A DNA stretch of 64,000 nucleotides, from NCBI RefSeq assembly GCF_009914755.1, contig NC_060931.1; one strand, given 5' to 3'. Shown piece by piece: positions 27,807 to 41,624 of the stretch (its first letter is position 1; every line of letters starts with the position of its first letter). A model generated the notes under the pieces. That model had not been told where the DNA came from. It saw only the letters and a program-made list of their open reading frames with translations, and ran no database searches. The DNA is from the human T2T-CHM13v2.0 reference genome, Homo sapiens. Made by a program: the position numbers and the translations under genes.

Positions 27807-28580
27807 GAGTCAAACTCGACACCTGGAATCTGTATGTTGCTAGTGTTGAGTGGAACTCAACACCTGGAATCTGCATTGCTAACATTGAGTGGAATTTAAC
27901 ACCTGGAATCTGTGTGTTGCTAGTGTTGAGTGGAACTCAACACCTGGGATCTGCATTGCTAACACTGAGTGGAATTTAACACCTGGAATCTGTGCATTGC
28001 TAGCATTGAGTCAAACTTGACACCTGGAATCTGATCATTGCTGGTGTTGAGTGGAACTCTGCACCTGGAGTCTGACTAGCATTGAGTGGAACTTGCTAGT
28101 GTTGTGTGGAACTTGACACCCAGAATGCATGCATTGCTAGTGCTGTAAGGAACTTGACACCCAGAATGTATGCCTTGCTAGCATTGAGTGGAACTTAACA
28201 CCAGAATCTGTGCATCGCTAGGGTCGAGTGGAAGTCTACACTTGGAATCTGCATTGCTAGCATTGAGTCAAACTTGACACCTGGAATCTGATCATTGCTA
28301 GTGTTGAGTGGAACTCTATACCTGGAGTCTGACTAGTGTTGAATGGAACTTGCTAGTGTTGTATGGAACTTGACACCCAGAATTTATGCGTTGCTAGTGT
28401 TGAGTGGAACTCTACACCTGGAGTCTGACTAGCGTTGAGTGGAACTTGCTAGTGTTGAATGGAACTTGACATCCAGAATTTATGCGTTGCTAGTGTTGAG
28501 TAGAACTCAACACCCAGACTCTGTGTGTTGCTAGTGTTGAGTCGAGCTGGACACCTGGAATCTGTGCGTTGCTCATGTTT
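27807..28580. repeat. Minisatellite, about 21 units, mostly 35-41 bp with a few ~20-bp truncated units; consensus GTGTTGAGTGGAACTCAACACCTGGAATCTGTGCATTGCTA
   Basis: Direct reading; internal inverted repeat GTGTTGAGT/ACTCAACAC. Confidence 0.95.
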
Positions 28581-29414
28581 GGGGTTTGTACTTCAGTTAT
28601 TTTACTTGCTCATGGCTTTTTGTTGTAATTGTTTTTTGTTTCTTTTTTATTTAAAAATCATCCTTTAATTATCTTTAGTATCTTCAGTTTCATTCACTGG
28701 CTTAACCAGATAGTCGACAATTATGTGTTAGACATATCTGTTCTGAAAAATATTTTTAGCCCTCAAATTTTTTCAAAACTAATTTGCAAGATGTATACGC
28801 ACTGTAGTTCAAATGTAAATCATCAGTGTCCTGATTACTGAGGCAGATGTATCAATAAGATCGCCAGATTTGCTAGTGCAATGATGCTTCCTTATACAGC
28901 AAATTATTTTTCCTATGGGGATGGTGGGGAGATGGATTTGGAGGTGATTTATCCTGTAAGAGCAGGTTTGGAAAGTTAATTAGCCTCTGGAGAAGGTTCC
29001 AGGATCTCTGGGGCTGGGTGGAGCTATAGGGGTGGGAAGCACCTGGGCCACTACTGTGCAGGTGTGTGCAGTGAGGATGGCTCCCTGTGCTTGGCCCCTC
29101 TCACTACAGGGCACGCCTTCTTCCTGCCAGCTGTCCTCAGAGACAAGAGTCTCACTCAGCTTCAGCTCAGGCCCGCTCTCTACTGAGCCTTCCACCTGGA
29201 CTTCCAAGTGGAAACACCCCAAAGATCCTCATCCCTTTCCTCCACTCGATGCCTGGTTTGGCTACCACCCATAAGTGTGGTGTTCTGCCTGGCCCCGCCA
29301 AACCTCTTCCAGGCACCCAAGGTCTGGCCTCTGCTCAGGTTCAGGTCTTGGGCCATCGTGTATTTTCCTTCTCAGAATAGGTGCCTGGGTTGTTCTGACT
29401 ATGGTCTAAGAGTC

Positions 29415-29528
29415 TTCCCTGCCCTGCCCTGCCCTGCCCTGACCTGCTGTCCCCTCCCCTTCCCTCCCCTCCCCTCCCCTCGCCTCCTTCTCTTTCTCTC
29501 TCTCCCCCGCTCCTTCCCTCCTTCCTCC
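29415..29528. repeat. Pyrimidine-rich (CCCTG)n/(CCCCT)n low-complexity tract
   Basis: Direct reading. Confidence 0.9.
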
Positions 29529-29694
29529 AGGAATTAAGACATTGAACATTCTGTCTCATTTCCATGATTTTTCAAACAGTGCCAAAAGAGCCAGCAAATG
29601 ACTGTGCGATTATCTCCACCAACCTATTTAAAACATTGTCGTTGTGTTTGACTTGATGTGGTCCTTCATCTTGACCATGATGTTTGTTTTACTG

Positions 29695-30222
29695 CTTCCT
29701 TGATGTATAATTTACATACCATAAAATCTACCCTTTTAAAGGGTATGATTAGATGGTTTTTAGTATTTTCAGAGAATTGTGGAACCATCACCCCCAGTCT
29801 AATTTTAGAATATTTTCATCATCCAAAATAGAAATCCAATATCCATTAGCAGTCACTTCCCATTCATCCTTCCCCTAGCCTTCAGCAGCCTCTACTCTGC
29901 TTTCTGTCTCTGTGGATTTGCCTACTCTGGCCGTGTCATATAAATGGAGTCATTTGGACTTTTGTGAATGGCTTCTTTCATGGAGGATACTGTTTTCAAG
30001 ATTCATCTGTGTTACAGAATGTATCTAAACTCCATTCCTTTTTATGGCCAATAATATTCCACTGTATGCACCTGTCACACTGTTCATCCATCCATCAGTT
30101 GCTGGACACTTCCTGGCTGGTTTTCACTATTCAGCTGGTATGAATGAGGCTGCTATGAACTGTTATGCTCAAGTTTTTATGTGGATATAACTGTTAGATT
30201 TATAATCATTCTAATTAGCCAT
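29695..30222 (-). mobile_element. L1MB-type 3' end
   Basis: TGTATAATTTACATACCATAAAAT..CCATTAGCAGTCACT..ATAAATGGAGTCAT..GCTGCTATGAAC. Confidence 0.9.
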
Positions 30223-30229
30223 TTTGTAC

Positions 30230-31072
30230 TTTTTTTTTAAGTTTTTTTTCTTTTATTATACTTTAAGTTTTAGGGTACATGTGCACATTGTGCAGGTTAG
30301 TTACATATGTATACATGTGCCATGCTGGTGCGCTGCACCCACTAACTCGTCATCTAGCATTAGGTATATCTCCCAATACTATCCCTCCCCCCTCCCCCCA
30401 ACCCACAACAGTCCCCAGAGTGTGATGTTCCCCTTCCTGTGTCCATGTGATCTCATTGTTCAATTCCCACCTATGAGTGAGAATATGCGGTGTTTGGTTT
30501 TTTGTTCTTGCGATAGTTTACTGAGAATGATGATTTCCAATTTCATCCATGTCCCTACAAAGGACATGAACTCATCATTTTTTATGACCGCATAGTATTC
30601 CATGGTGTATATGTGCCACATTTTCTTAATCCAGTCTATCATTGTTGGACATTTGGGTTGGTTCCAAGTCTTTGCTATTGTGAATAATGCTTCAATAAAC
30701 ATACGTGTGCATGTGTCTTTATAGCAGCATGATTTATAGTCCTTTGGGTATATACCTAGTAATGGGATGGCTGGGTCAAATGGTATTTCTAGTTCTAGAT
30801 CCCTGAGGAATCGCCACACTGACTTCCACAATGGTTGAACTAGTTTACAGTCCCACCAACAGTGTAAAAGTGTTCCTATTTCTCCACATCCTCTCCATCA
30901 CCTGTTGTTTCCTGACTTTTTAATGACTGCCATTCTAACTGATGTGAGATGGTATCTCATTGTGGTTTTGATTTGCATTTCTCTGATGGCCAGTGATGAT
31001 GAGCATTTTTTCATGTGATTTTTGGCTGCATAAATGTCTTCTTTTGAGAAGTATCTGTTCATGTCCTTTGCC
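30230..31072 (-). mobile_element. 5'-truncated young L1 (L1PA2-like), about 840 bp
   Basis: Near-consensus 3'UTR; GAG (not ACA/ACG) at the Ta diagnostic site; AAAACTTAAAGTATAAT end; poly-A tail. Confidence 0.93.
30460..31072 (-). pseudogene. L1 ORF2p C-terminal remnant, non-functional
   Basis: WKSVWRFLRDLELEIPFDPAIPLLGIYP...HRIFSLIGGN*; TGA at 30898-30900 replaces the first Cys of the CCHC motif. Confidence 0.9.
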
Positions 31073-31865
31073 TGAAACTGGGTATTTTATTCCTCAGAAA
31101 GAAAGAGGAGACTCGAACTTCTAAACATAAATTGTGTTTGAAAATATTGGAGCTTACTTATCCTACCATAAAACACTCAGTTTAAAATGAGCAGTTTTAA
31201 GATACTTGGTTTTGTTCCAACTAATACCTCTCCTGCCTTTTTTTGGTCAATTTATTTTTGTTATTAAAATTTCTTCTGCCGTTGGCACCCCCAGAACAAT
31301 ATATTCTTCAATAGTTTAAAGGAGCTGCTTCCTCACTGGGATGTGGACCCTTCTTCCTTCTTTTAATTACAGCGTTATTAAACTCCTCCAGGTTGACACT
31401 TTCTTTCATTCTCTATTTTAGATTTGTCAATCAGAGGTGCTCCATGAAGCAGCTCCTTAGTGCTGGGGGAAATGCAAAGCCATGGCGTGTCACTGTGGGT
31501 GCAAACCTGCTTCTGGAGCTGTGACGTTCTTGGGGAGGGAGGGCTGTGAAGGGTCATCTTGGAGGGGCCACCCCTGCATCTCACCCGTGAGCCATCCTTC
31601 TCAGAGGATGAGAGAGTGGATAAGAGCTCAGGAGCTGCAAGGGAGCATTGCGGGAGCACTGTGCATCATAAGAGGGGAGGATGAAACCGACAAAGACGGG
31701 CACCTGGCAGGGAGTGCTAGTAAACTGAGGCGTGGACTACAGAAACAATCCTCCCCCGAAGAACTTTTGAAAATATTGTACAGACCCAGGGCACCCTCCC
31801 TGACCTACAGAAGCCAAAACCCCAGTGTGGGAGCACAGTATGTACGTTTAGAAAAGTTTTCATAT

Positions 31866-32159
<294 letters not shown>

Positions 32160-32245
32160 GGCAGAGGTTGCAGTGAACCGAGATCACACCACTGCACTCC
32201 AGCCTGGGTGACTGTCTCAAAAAACAAAACAAAACAATACAAAAA
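32160..32245 (+). mobile_element. Second Alu 3' fragment abutting the first Alu tail
   Basis: GCAGAGGTTGCAGTGAACCGAGATCACACCACTGCACTCCAGCCTGGGTGAC plus A-rich tail. Confidence 0.9.
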
Positions 32246-34019
32246 TTGTAAGTATGTGTGGGGCTCATGTGCTGAGTTTGGTGGGGGAAATCTTTCCATG
32301 CACCCCCACAACTGTCTACAATATGAAAACAATCTTCAAGAAAACACCAGCGAACAGACCATTCATCTTTCCCTGTTGCCACATTTTATCTTGGTCTCAG
32401 GCTGCTGACCTGTCAGATGATTGACAAATGGAAACCGTATGGTGGCTCAGAGGGACCAGGCGTGGTGTGTGCTGCATTGAGGAGAGGGTGGGTAGGCAAA
32501 TAGAAGTTAAGCACCCTAACAGAAATCATTCTAGGCTTCAGAGCTTAGCCAGTAGCTTAGCAAGTGGTATTTTCTAGGAAGCCACTCAGATTAGTGCCAA
32601 CCTTCTGCAGAAATACAGAGCTATAGGTGCTGGGTGAGTTGTGAGCAAAGCCATGTTCAGAATATGTTAAGTTTCTATTTTTTAAGTGAGCTTATTTGCT
32701 GAGGTAATGCAGTTTGCCTGAGGCAAATGATCATTTAGATCAGCTTTCATCTTTTAAGCCAGATCTTGAGATTTGAGGCGCTAAACTCTTTGCGTACGCA
32801 TTTTACAGCTCTCTTCCTTGGTTGGGATCCACTGCTTCCCAGTATCTGCAGACCCTTCTGGGGACTGTGACCTGCAGGGGGTTAGGTAGCTGTTTTCAGG
32901 GGGGCATTTTGAGCCCGACATTCACGTTTTATAACATTAGCTGTGTGGGGGCTGGCAAGAAGAATCTAGCCTTTTCCATTAATTTAGTGACTTTGTTCAT
33001 TTTAATTTTTTAGTTAATTCACTGACTTTATAATTTTGCTAAACCCTACAAACTGCTCAGCATAAATGATTTCCTTTAATCCCTACAAAATGTCAGGCTC
33101 CCAGGCCTGCAGGCTCAGAGTGTATGCAGGGCGAATGCTGCTTGTGTCTTATCCAGGACAGACTGGCCTGTCTCGCACCTGTCAGGCAACTTTACTCCTG
33201 ATGCTGCTTTCTGGGACGCCATCCAATCTCATTTGGAGGTTTTGTCAGTGAGCAGATCTGTTTCTGTTAGATTCAATTGAGGCAGAGGCAGACACTGAGG
33301 ACAGATGGGTGGCTGAAGATAACACCGGGGAAACCAGCCTCTAAGAAACAGAGCCACTGCAATTAAGACTTCCACTCTCTCTCCAGAGGTTGTGGAGTCA
33401 ACAGAAAAGCAGATCCATGTCTGAAGACCATGACACCTTAGAAGCCCAGACAGACGAGAGGGAAAACAGCCTAGAAGACCTTGCCTTATTATTTCTACTC
33501 TAGAAAGATGCACGGGATCAATAAAGTAAATGAGCTGTTTCATCCAAGCTGGCCGCGCAGATCCAGGGCCACAGAGACAGACAGACACATAAACGCATTG
33601 ATCACCCTGCTAGGGCCTACTGGCCTACCCTGCATGGAAAATGTGAATGGAAAGAAGGCAAGGAAAATACACTATTTGTAGTTCTGAGCCACAGCTCTGA
33701 TTGTAGGTCACCTCCTTTCCTCTGTGGAAGGGCAGTCACATTGTGATCTTTCAAAACATTGGCTAAGGCGGTGATGATAACCAAGGCTGATATGTTACCA
33801 GCACACAGCAGATCTCAGGGCTGAGAGTGAGGCATGAATCTTCCAAGTAAGTGGCTCCATATGGGCCTCTTTGAGGTCTTTAAAGTCAACAGTCTCTTCA
33901 TCATGGAATTCAACTTGACCCCTGTTCCACCGACATCAGAACTGGTGAGGTGACAGGGATTTAGAGCGACTTGTCAAAGGGATGGGAAATGCATTTGCTC
34001 AAATGATAATGACATTCAC

Positions 34020-34205
34020 AATAGTCAAGATTCGTTGAGCTAGGATGCATGCTAAGAACTTTACAAGCATTTCTATTAAAATCTCAACACTGCTCAATGA
34101 AATATGTATTATCGTCTCCATTTTTAGATAAGAGAATTAATGTTTAGAAAGGCAAGTTGATCAGGCATATCTGTGCAGCAAATGGTAAGACTCGACTTGA
34201 ACTAA
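34020..34205 (-). mobile_element. MIR
   Basis: ATGCTAAGAACTTTACA..TATTATCGTCTCCATTTTTAGATAAGAGAA. Confidence 0.7.
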
Positions 34206-34704
34206 CCTTAGACAAAAAAACAAAAAACAAAGCAAAGCTGTGGAGTGGCAAGAGCAAGGCTGGCCTTAGGGACAGCGGGATGGGGGCTCAGGTGCAGCTG
34301 AGACCCTACCCATACCCCTTCTGATTGCGCTGCGGCTTCTCCACTTAGGGAATGAGAGGAGACAATCACTTGCTATTCTGAGTCATTTCCTGGGTCTCTG
34401 AGTAAAAAGGAGAGAAGCTTCCTCTCTTCCAGCTTCAGTTTGAAGAGTCTCAGGCAAGAACCCGGTTGGCCTGGTAGAGTCTTATGCCCATCCTTGAAGC
34501 AATCCCTGAAGCTGGAGGATACAGTCCTAAGGGTCCTAAGTTACTGGGTGCCATATGGTGGTGGGCGGGGTGGGGTCCATCACCAAAATGGAGCACAGAG
34601 GGAGCTAGTATGAATCAGGCAAGCAGTTGGCTCCACTTCCACATGAGATGGCAGCAGGCATCGCTAAGCCTGATTCACAGCACCTGGGCTTAAGTTGCAG
34701 CACC

Positions 34705-34885
34705 GATACATACCAGCTATGGGACTTTAGAGAGGGCATTTTCTCTGTGTCTTGATTTCCTTCATTTTAAACTGAGGACAATCATATCTAACTCCTGTGA
34801 TAATTGGGTGTGTTAAATGAATTAATGCATTAGAGGAGTATCTAATACAAGGTAGATGCTTCATTAATGTAAGCTAATGTTATTT
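34705..34885 (+). mobile_element. MIR
   Basis: TACCAGCTATGGGACTTT..GATTTCCTTCATTTTAAA..TTAAATGAATTAATGCAT. Confidence 0.7.
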
Positions 34886-34974
34886 TTACCATTACTTTTA
34901 CTGTTATTATAAGGAGCTATGTATCTTGTCCAAGGTCCTGTAATAGCTAATAAGTAAAAGAGCCAAAATTATTA

Positions 34975-35258
<284 letters not shown>

Positions 35259-37399
35259 CCAAAATTCTTATCAGAGTTACAGTGGGAGATATCACACCAT
35301 GAGCTCTCCTTCTAAGGATGCCCAGGCCCTGAATTCTGGCACCTACCTCGCCTGCATTTTGTAGGTTGCACTGATTTGCTTAGTGGGGCCACAGTCAACA
35401 GGCTCTGATCAAAGCCACCCTTGCCGCAGCTGACCCAGCAGCCTGCCCAGCTCCATCCAGGGCTGTTAGCCCATCCTAAAAAGGCCCTCTCCTTATAGAC
35501 CATTGCCCGAGGAGGTCTTTCCAGGCCCTACCTCCTGAAACTCCTCTCTGGCCTAGTCTAATATCCCTTATCCTTCCTAACTTTCCTAAGTTTCCAGTCC
35601 TAACTTCCCTCTCCACCTGCACCTTGGACATGATGATTGACACTGTGACTTGCTTCTCAAAATCAGCTCCCCTATCAGGTCTGTTTTGTTCTCCGTCCTG
35701 AAGACAGTGGTCACGACCTCGCCCAACCCTGGGCTGGGGCTCAGCCTCCTGCTCATTACAGGGGCAGACGTGCCCTTTGATGTCAGGCCTGAATAGAGGT
35801 TCCTTATTTATTACAATTTATTATCCTCCGAATCTGCCTGGGGTTTTGATAGAACCTGGCTGCCAACGGCTTGCCCTGGCCTTTCTGAAACCTCACCATT
35901 TCCACAATGAAACAGGACGCAAGGACTGTGCCCCTGGTATGGGAAGGGAAGGAGGAGAAGCTTGCGTTTACAAGTGAGATATCCACAGACAGGGAACATA
36001 CTACATTTTTTTCTTCTAGACTAGCCTCTGTGGACTAGTTCATCCTCCATAAGGTTGATATTTTTTTCCCAAAGCCTGGATTTGCATTGCCTAGAGCCAC
36101 ATTCACGGTAGGAGATGGGTCTTCCCAGTGTGACTGGACTCACTTCTTAGCACTCCCTCGGTGGGTGAGTTAGGCTGGAATGAAGGGAGGAGCCACCTTT
36201 GGGATTGCGGTGCTGCCCTGGGCACCTCACACTGCCTTCTCTTCCTGCTGCTCGCTGGTGCATGCTTAGAAAACCCAGTCAGCTTGTTTTGACCTAAAGC
36301 AAAAACCATTATTCTCTGAGTTTGTAGGTAAGCTTCCACCCAAAATATTGTTGTGAGACCTTGGATTTGGTGATCTTGGGCTAGCTGCCTAACTTCTTTG
36401 GGCTTCCATTTCTGCTCTATCAGGTAAAGGATTGGGACAGATGATCTTTTATGGCTATAAACATCCAGTGTGCTCCAAGGCCACTGCCAAATATACGCTT
36501 CAACAACGCTAGGAGTGGTTTGCATGATCTCCTAGGCTTGGGAACTCTGGGAGCAGGGATTGTCTGTTCTGTGCCTGGTACATGGGGGTCATTTAATACA
36601 CGTCTCGACAACTGCATAGCCCTTTTGCTCCCTGAGCTGAGAGGACAGAGGAGGATGTTAACAGTCACTGTCTCAAAAAGCCCTGAGCAAATCTGCTCTG
36701 TTCTCAGCACCTCTCAGCACTGCCTCCTTCATGAGTCCCTGCTGGGTGGGTAGGGGGCTAATTAAGCTTGAGTTTCAAGAACTTGTCTACAAATCCACTT
36801 CAAGGGCTCACATGCAAATCAGGCCCTGCTGGCAGCCATTACCATCTCCCACCTGCAGCCCAGGCCTTAGAGGCCAGGATTCACAAGCAGAACAACACCT
36901 GCCCTCCTCTGAGAGCTGTGCTGCAGCCCAGGGCCACGTGGACAGGGTGCTGGTGCATTCTCCAGCAACACTGTTGAGCTCTCTAGTTTGCAGAAGAGTC
37001 CAAGGGTCCTCACAAAACCTGTGACAACTGAACAATCCCACCATTCTTATATATATATGATATATATAACCACCATTCCATATGTATAATTATGATTGAA
37101 ACCGAATATCATTCCTGATTGCAGAGTCTCCAAGATGGTAATTTCTGTCTTAGTGTATTTTCCACTGGTAGTTTTGTTTGTTTTCCTGACTAACGTTATG
37201 AAACAGTATTACTCTCCTGTTACAGATGTACACACTGGGATGCAGAGAGGTGATCTGACACAAGGACAGCCCATGGTCAAGCCCCTTTGACTTCTGTCTC
37301 CTGTTGAAAAGGATGTGCCTCCCTTTCACTGAGCCTCATTGCAATACTTGTATAGATTCTGTGCCCCTCCCTCCCTTCCTTCCTTCTTCCCTGCCTGCC

Positions 37400-37665
37400 T
37401 GCCTGCCACAGGTGTTTAATGAACATCAACTATGTGCCAGGGGCTGTGGAGTATTCTAGAAATGAAACAAGGTTCCTGCTCTGAGTTTTTATGTTGACGA
37501 GAAGGAAAGGGTGAATAAACAAATACATTAACAAGAAAATATCAAGGAGCGATAAGAGCCCTGATAATTATTTAAGATGAGACTCAGGAGGCAAATGTGA
37601 CTTGAGCAGCCTGCCCCGCCTCCTGTGTGAAGAAAGGCAGGAAAACATTCCAGCAAGAGAGAATC
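37400..37665 (-). mobile_element. L2 fragment
   Basis: TTTAATGAACATCAACTATGTGCCAGGGGCTGTG..TTCCTGCTCT..AATAAACAAATA. Confidence 0.65.
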
Positions 37666-37832
37666 CCCACTGTTAGAATCTCTGCATGTTGTCATTAGGT
37701 GCATAGATCTGCTTGTTGAAACATGAACCAAAACTTTCAATCTTGGTCTGCTTGCCCTGGATAAAGTGCATTTCTGAGTCTTGGACCACAGCTTGGGAAA
37801 TTAGCAGAGGCAAATGCAATTGTCTCTTCTAA

Positions 37833-38149
<317 letters not shown>

Positions 38150-39394
38150 CTCTCCCAGTCTTGAGACCACAGTGGTTGGAAGCTTTAACAGAAAACATTA
38201 TATGTGTGTCTTCCTCAGGAAATGTATTTTGTTAAAAATCTGTAACATGAAGGGAATGGTAGGAAAGAGTAGGCTGCTTTTGCATTTAAAACAATGTTAG
38301 GAGTGAATCGCTTTCCTGGTGGGTTATGTTAGAATGAATCTCAAACCCTCACTAATATCTTTCAGAGGAATTTTGGCAAATAGCAGTTGTTTCTTGGCCT
38401 AATTGAAGTCTTGGTTAATTTATCCCAATAACAATAACATTACCAGTATTTGTATAACAAAAATGGTTTCTGACTGTGCCAGCGTGGGACGAATGAGACT
38501 CATCACAATTTGTTTTAGGGATGGAGATTTAGAAGAATGGGTGGAGAACATTCTAAATGGAATCTATGGACAGGGTTTTTATTCTTAGTGAATTTTGAAG
38601 AAGTGACGTAAAGGAAACAGTTTCGTGTAAGCCCTGGCTCCTCCCTCAGGGGCAGCTGGACAAGTCGAGCAGATCCTGGAAGTAAAAGGCAGCCCCGGAT
38701 TTTTATTTCTGTTTTCCCTTTCATCCTAACAAGGCCGTGCTCTCCTGCTCATCTCTCTCCACTGCCTGGACTCCTCTCTCTCTGCCTTCTCTCTCTGTGT
38801 CCTCCCCCTTCTCTGTGTGCTTCCACCTCCCGCTGCTCCCTGCTCTCCCTGTCTCCGTTCCCCATCCCTTCTTGCTCTTTGCTGCTGACCAGCTGTGCAA
38901 CTCTGTGCATCTGAGGGACTCCTCTGGACGTCAGCTGCCACATCTGTGTTATTGAAGGGGACAGACACGGGATTCCTATTATGGCCAACGCAGACTCACC
39001 CTTTCTGCAGGCTCACCAAGGAACGACCACTCAGGGAGAGTGGGTCTGACATCCTGAGAATCACCATGACTTCCCCAAACCAGTGGGACATCCGGGGCCT
39101 TTGACTGTGGCTGGGCTGCCTCTGACGGGCGGGACCCTGACACCCACCTTAGCTGTGACAGTTGCTCCATGCAGCTAGTTCCTGGGCACCTGTGCAGTTC
39201 CTTCCACAGGAGGACATTCTGCCCTTTGCCTTCTTTGAGACATGGGTGTCTTGCTTAAGGGGACCAGTTTCCCCCACGTGCCTCTCTACCATCCTTTGGC
39301 TATAGGGTATTTTAAACATACAGATTTATTTTTCTTTTCTATTTACAGTTTCCTTTGGGTGAGAACGGAGTGAGTTGGTTATGACCGGGGGACC

Positions 39395-39575
39395 TGAGTC
39401 ACACCACTTTGATTAATGCCAGCTCCACCACGCACTAGCTGCATGACTTTGGACAAATTTCTTACTTTCTTGCAGTTCTGTTTACCCATTGGAAAACTGA
39501 AATAATAAAAAGAACAACCTTACGTGGTTGGGGAGAAGTAGATACACGGATTCATTACAGTGCATGGCACATTTT
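39395..39575 (+). mobile_element. MIR
   Basis: CCAGCTCCACCACGCACTAGCTGCATGACTTTGGACAAATTTCTTA..AATAATAA. Confidence 0.75.
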
Positions 39576-39685
39576 ATTTTTATCTTGGTTAAAAAATGCA
39601 TAGCATAGAATTTACCATGTTAACTGTTTTCAAATGTTCAGTTCAGTAGTGTGAAGTAGATCCACACAGCTGGAAACCAGATCTC
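39576..39685 (-). mobile_element. Very short L1MB 3' stub with 18-bp TSD
   Basis: AATTTACCATGTTAACTGTTTTCAAATGTTCAGTTCAGTAGTG; TSD CAGTGCA(T/C)GGCACATTTT at 39558 and 39686. Confidence 0.8.
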
Positions 39686-40095
39686 CAGTGCACGGCACAT
39701 TTTTATGCTGGAAATACCTCTGTTAGAAATAAATCCTTGGAATTGATACATACACAAAGCCGTCACTCATCACAAATGATGGAACTAGAAAGCCAAGGCC
39801 TATTGGTGTCTAAGAGTCAGCCTGCCCATGCTCACAGACCTGCCTGGAAAGGTTTTGTTTTGTTTAGAATTTTCTTTTTATCACCATTTCTTCATTACTG
39901 CAAGCCTGGCTCTTTGCAGACAAATCGATATCTCCAAGGTTAAACAATTTATTTTTGTATATTTTTCAGGAGACATCGAGTCCCTGTAATGCAAGCAAGT
40001 TGCTCATTTCCTGCTTCTCCAGTTCTGTCTTCCTTGTCCCCTCTTCCCCTGCCTCTCTCCTCTCTTCTCTTACCCTCTTTGTTATCTCATCATAA

Positions 40096-40312
<217 letters not shown>

Positions 40313-40428
40313 ATTTATTTTTAATATTATATTCTATGGAGTCATTTCCCAACTAGCATGTCTTATGCTTGAATTATTCTTTATACTTAATACTGCCCAT
40401 CACATAAAAGACGTTGTCACGAACCCAG

Positions 40429-40906
40429 TGTTGTTGGCAGAATTTTGGCTCCTATGATCTCTGTCACCTGGTGTCACACCAATGGGTATATTACAGTACC
40501 TGGCAAAAGAGACTTTGCAGATGGAATTAAGGTTGGACATCGTCTTGGATTCTCTAGGTGGGACCAGTGTCATGATATGAGCCCTTCAAAGCAACAGACG
40601 AGGTCAAAGCAAGGGAAGGACTCAGTGTGCAACTGGTGGCTTAAGGGAGGAGAAGGCCTGAGAAGGGGCTGGACCCTGGCACCAGCATGAGCTCGGAAGC
40701 AGGTTTTCCCCCCACCCCACCCCCAGAGCCTCCAGGAAGAAGTGCAGCACTGCTGAAACTTTGATCTGCACCGCCCCACTCCCAGGCCCTGGACAGAAAA
40801 TACAGCCACTCTATGCTGGACCTGGGACCTATAGAACTATAGTGGGTGTTGCCTTAAGATGCTCAGCTTGCAGCAATTTGTTTTGGCCGCAACAGAGCAC
40901 TCCTAC
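40429..40906 (+). mobile_element. MLT1D/E MaLR solo LTR
   Basis: TGGCAAAAGAGACTTTGCAGATGGAATTAAGG..CCCCAGAGCCTCCAG..GCAATTTGTT..GCAACAGAGCACTCCTACA. Confidence 0.85.
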
Positions 40907-40970
40907 ACCTACCATTCACTGGCAGATAAGAGCTTAGAAGCAAGGCTATTTATTCTTACTGGAGACTGGC

Positions 40971-41333
<363 letters not shown>

Positions 41334-41449
41334 TAGGAGGAAATTAGTTGGCCTTTCAGAAATATGGGACAAGATTTCTTCTTAGAAATGTGCCCTAAGC
41401 AAGTGAATTGAGTAAAAGTGTGGATTCTGAGTCCCTGCTCCTTGCAGAG

Positions 41450-41616
41450 GACTATCTGGAAATCGGTTGCATTCTCAGGAAAATAATTCAGAAGTGCAGT
41501 ATCCTGTGGACCACTGCATATTTCCTGAATCAGTATCTTTGTGGATATGGGAAGGGGATGTATGTATATGTTTGGTGAGCGCCCAGGCAGTACATACAAA
41601 CATTTGAAACCCACTG
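41450..41616. mobile_element. MER5-like hAT MITE fragment
   Basis: CCTGAATCAGTATCTTTG..CCCAGG..TTTGAAACCCACTG. Confidence 0.45.
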
Positions 41617-41624
41617 CTGTGCTC

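Noticed and set aside
27807-28580. CRISPR array
   Set aside because: Linkers are homologous rather than unique spacers, repeats are degenerate, there are no cas genes, and the context is primate DNA
30460-30831. Functional protein-coding gene
   Set aside because: 5'-truncated L1 ORF2 tail with an upstream in-frame stop and no promoter
30230-31072. Active L1HS-Ta element
   Set aside because: Carries GAG rather than ACA and lacks the Ta 3' G diagnostic; also truncated
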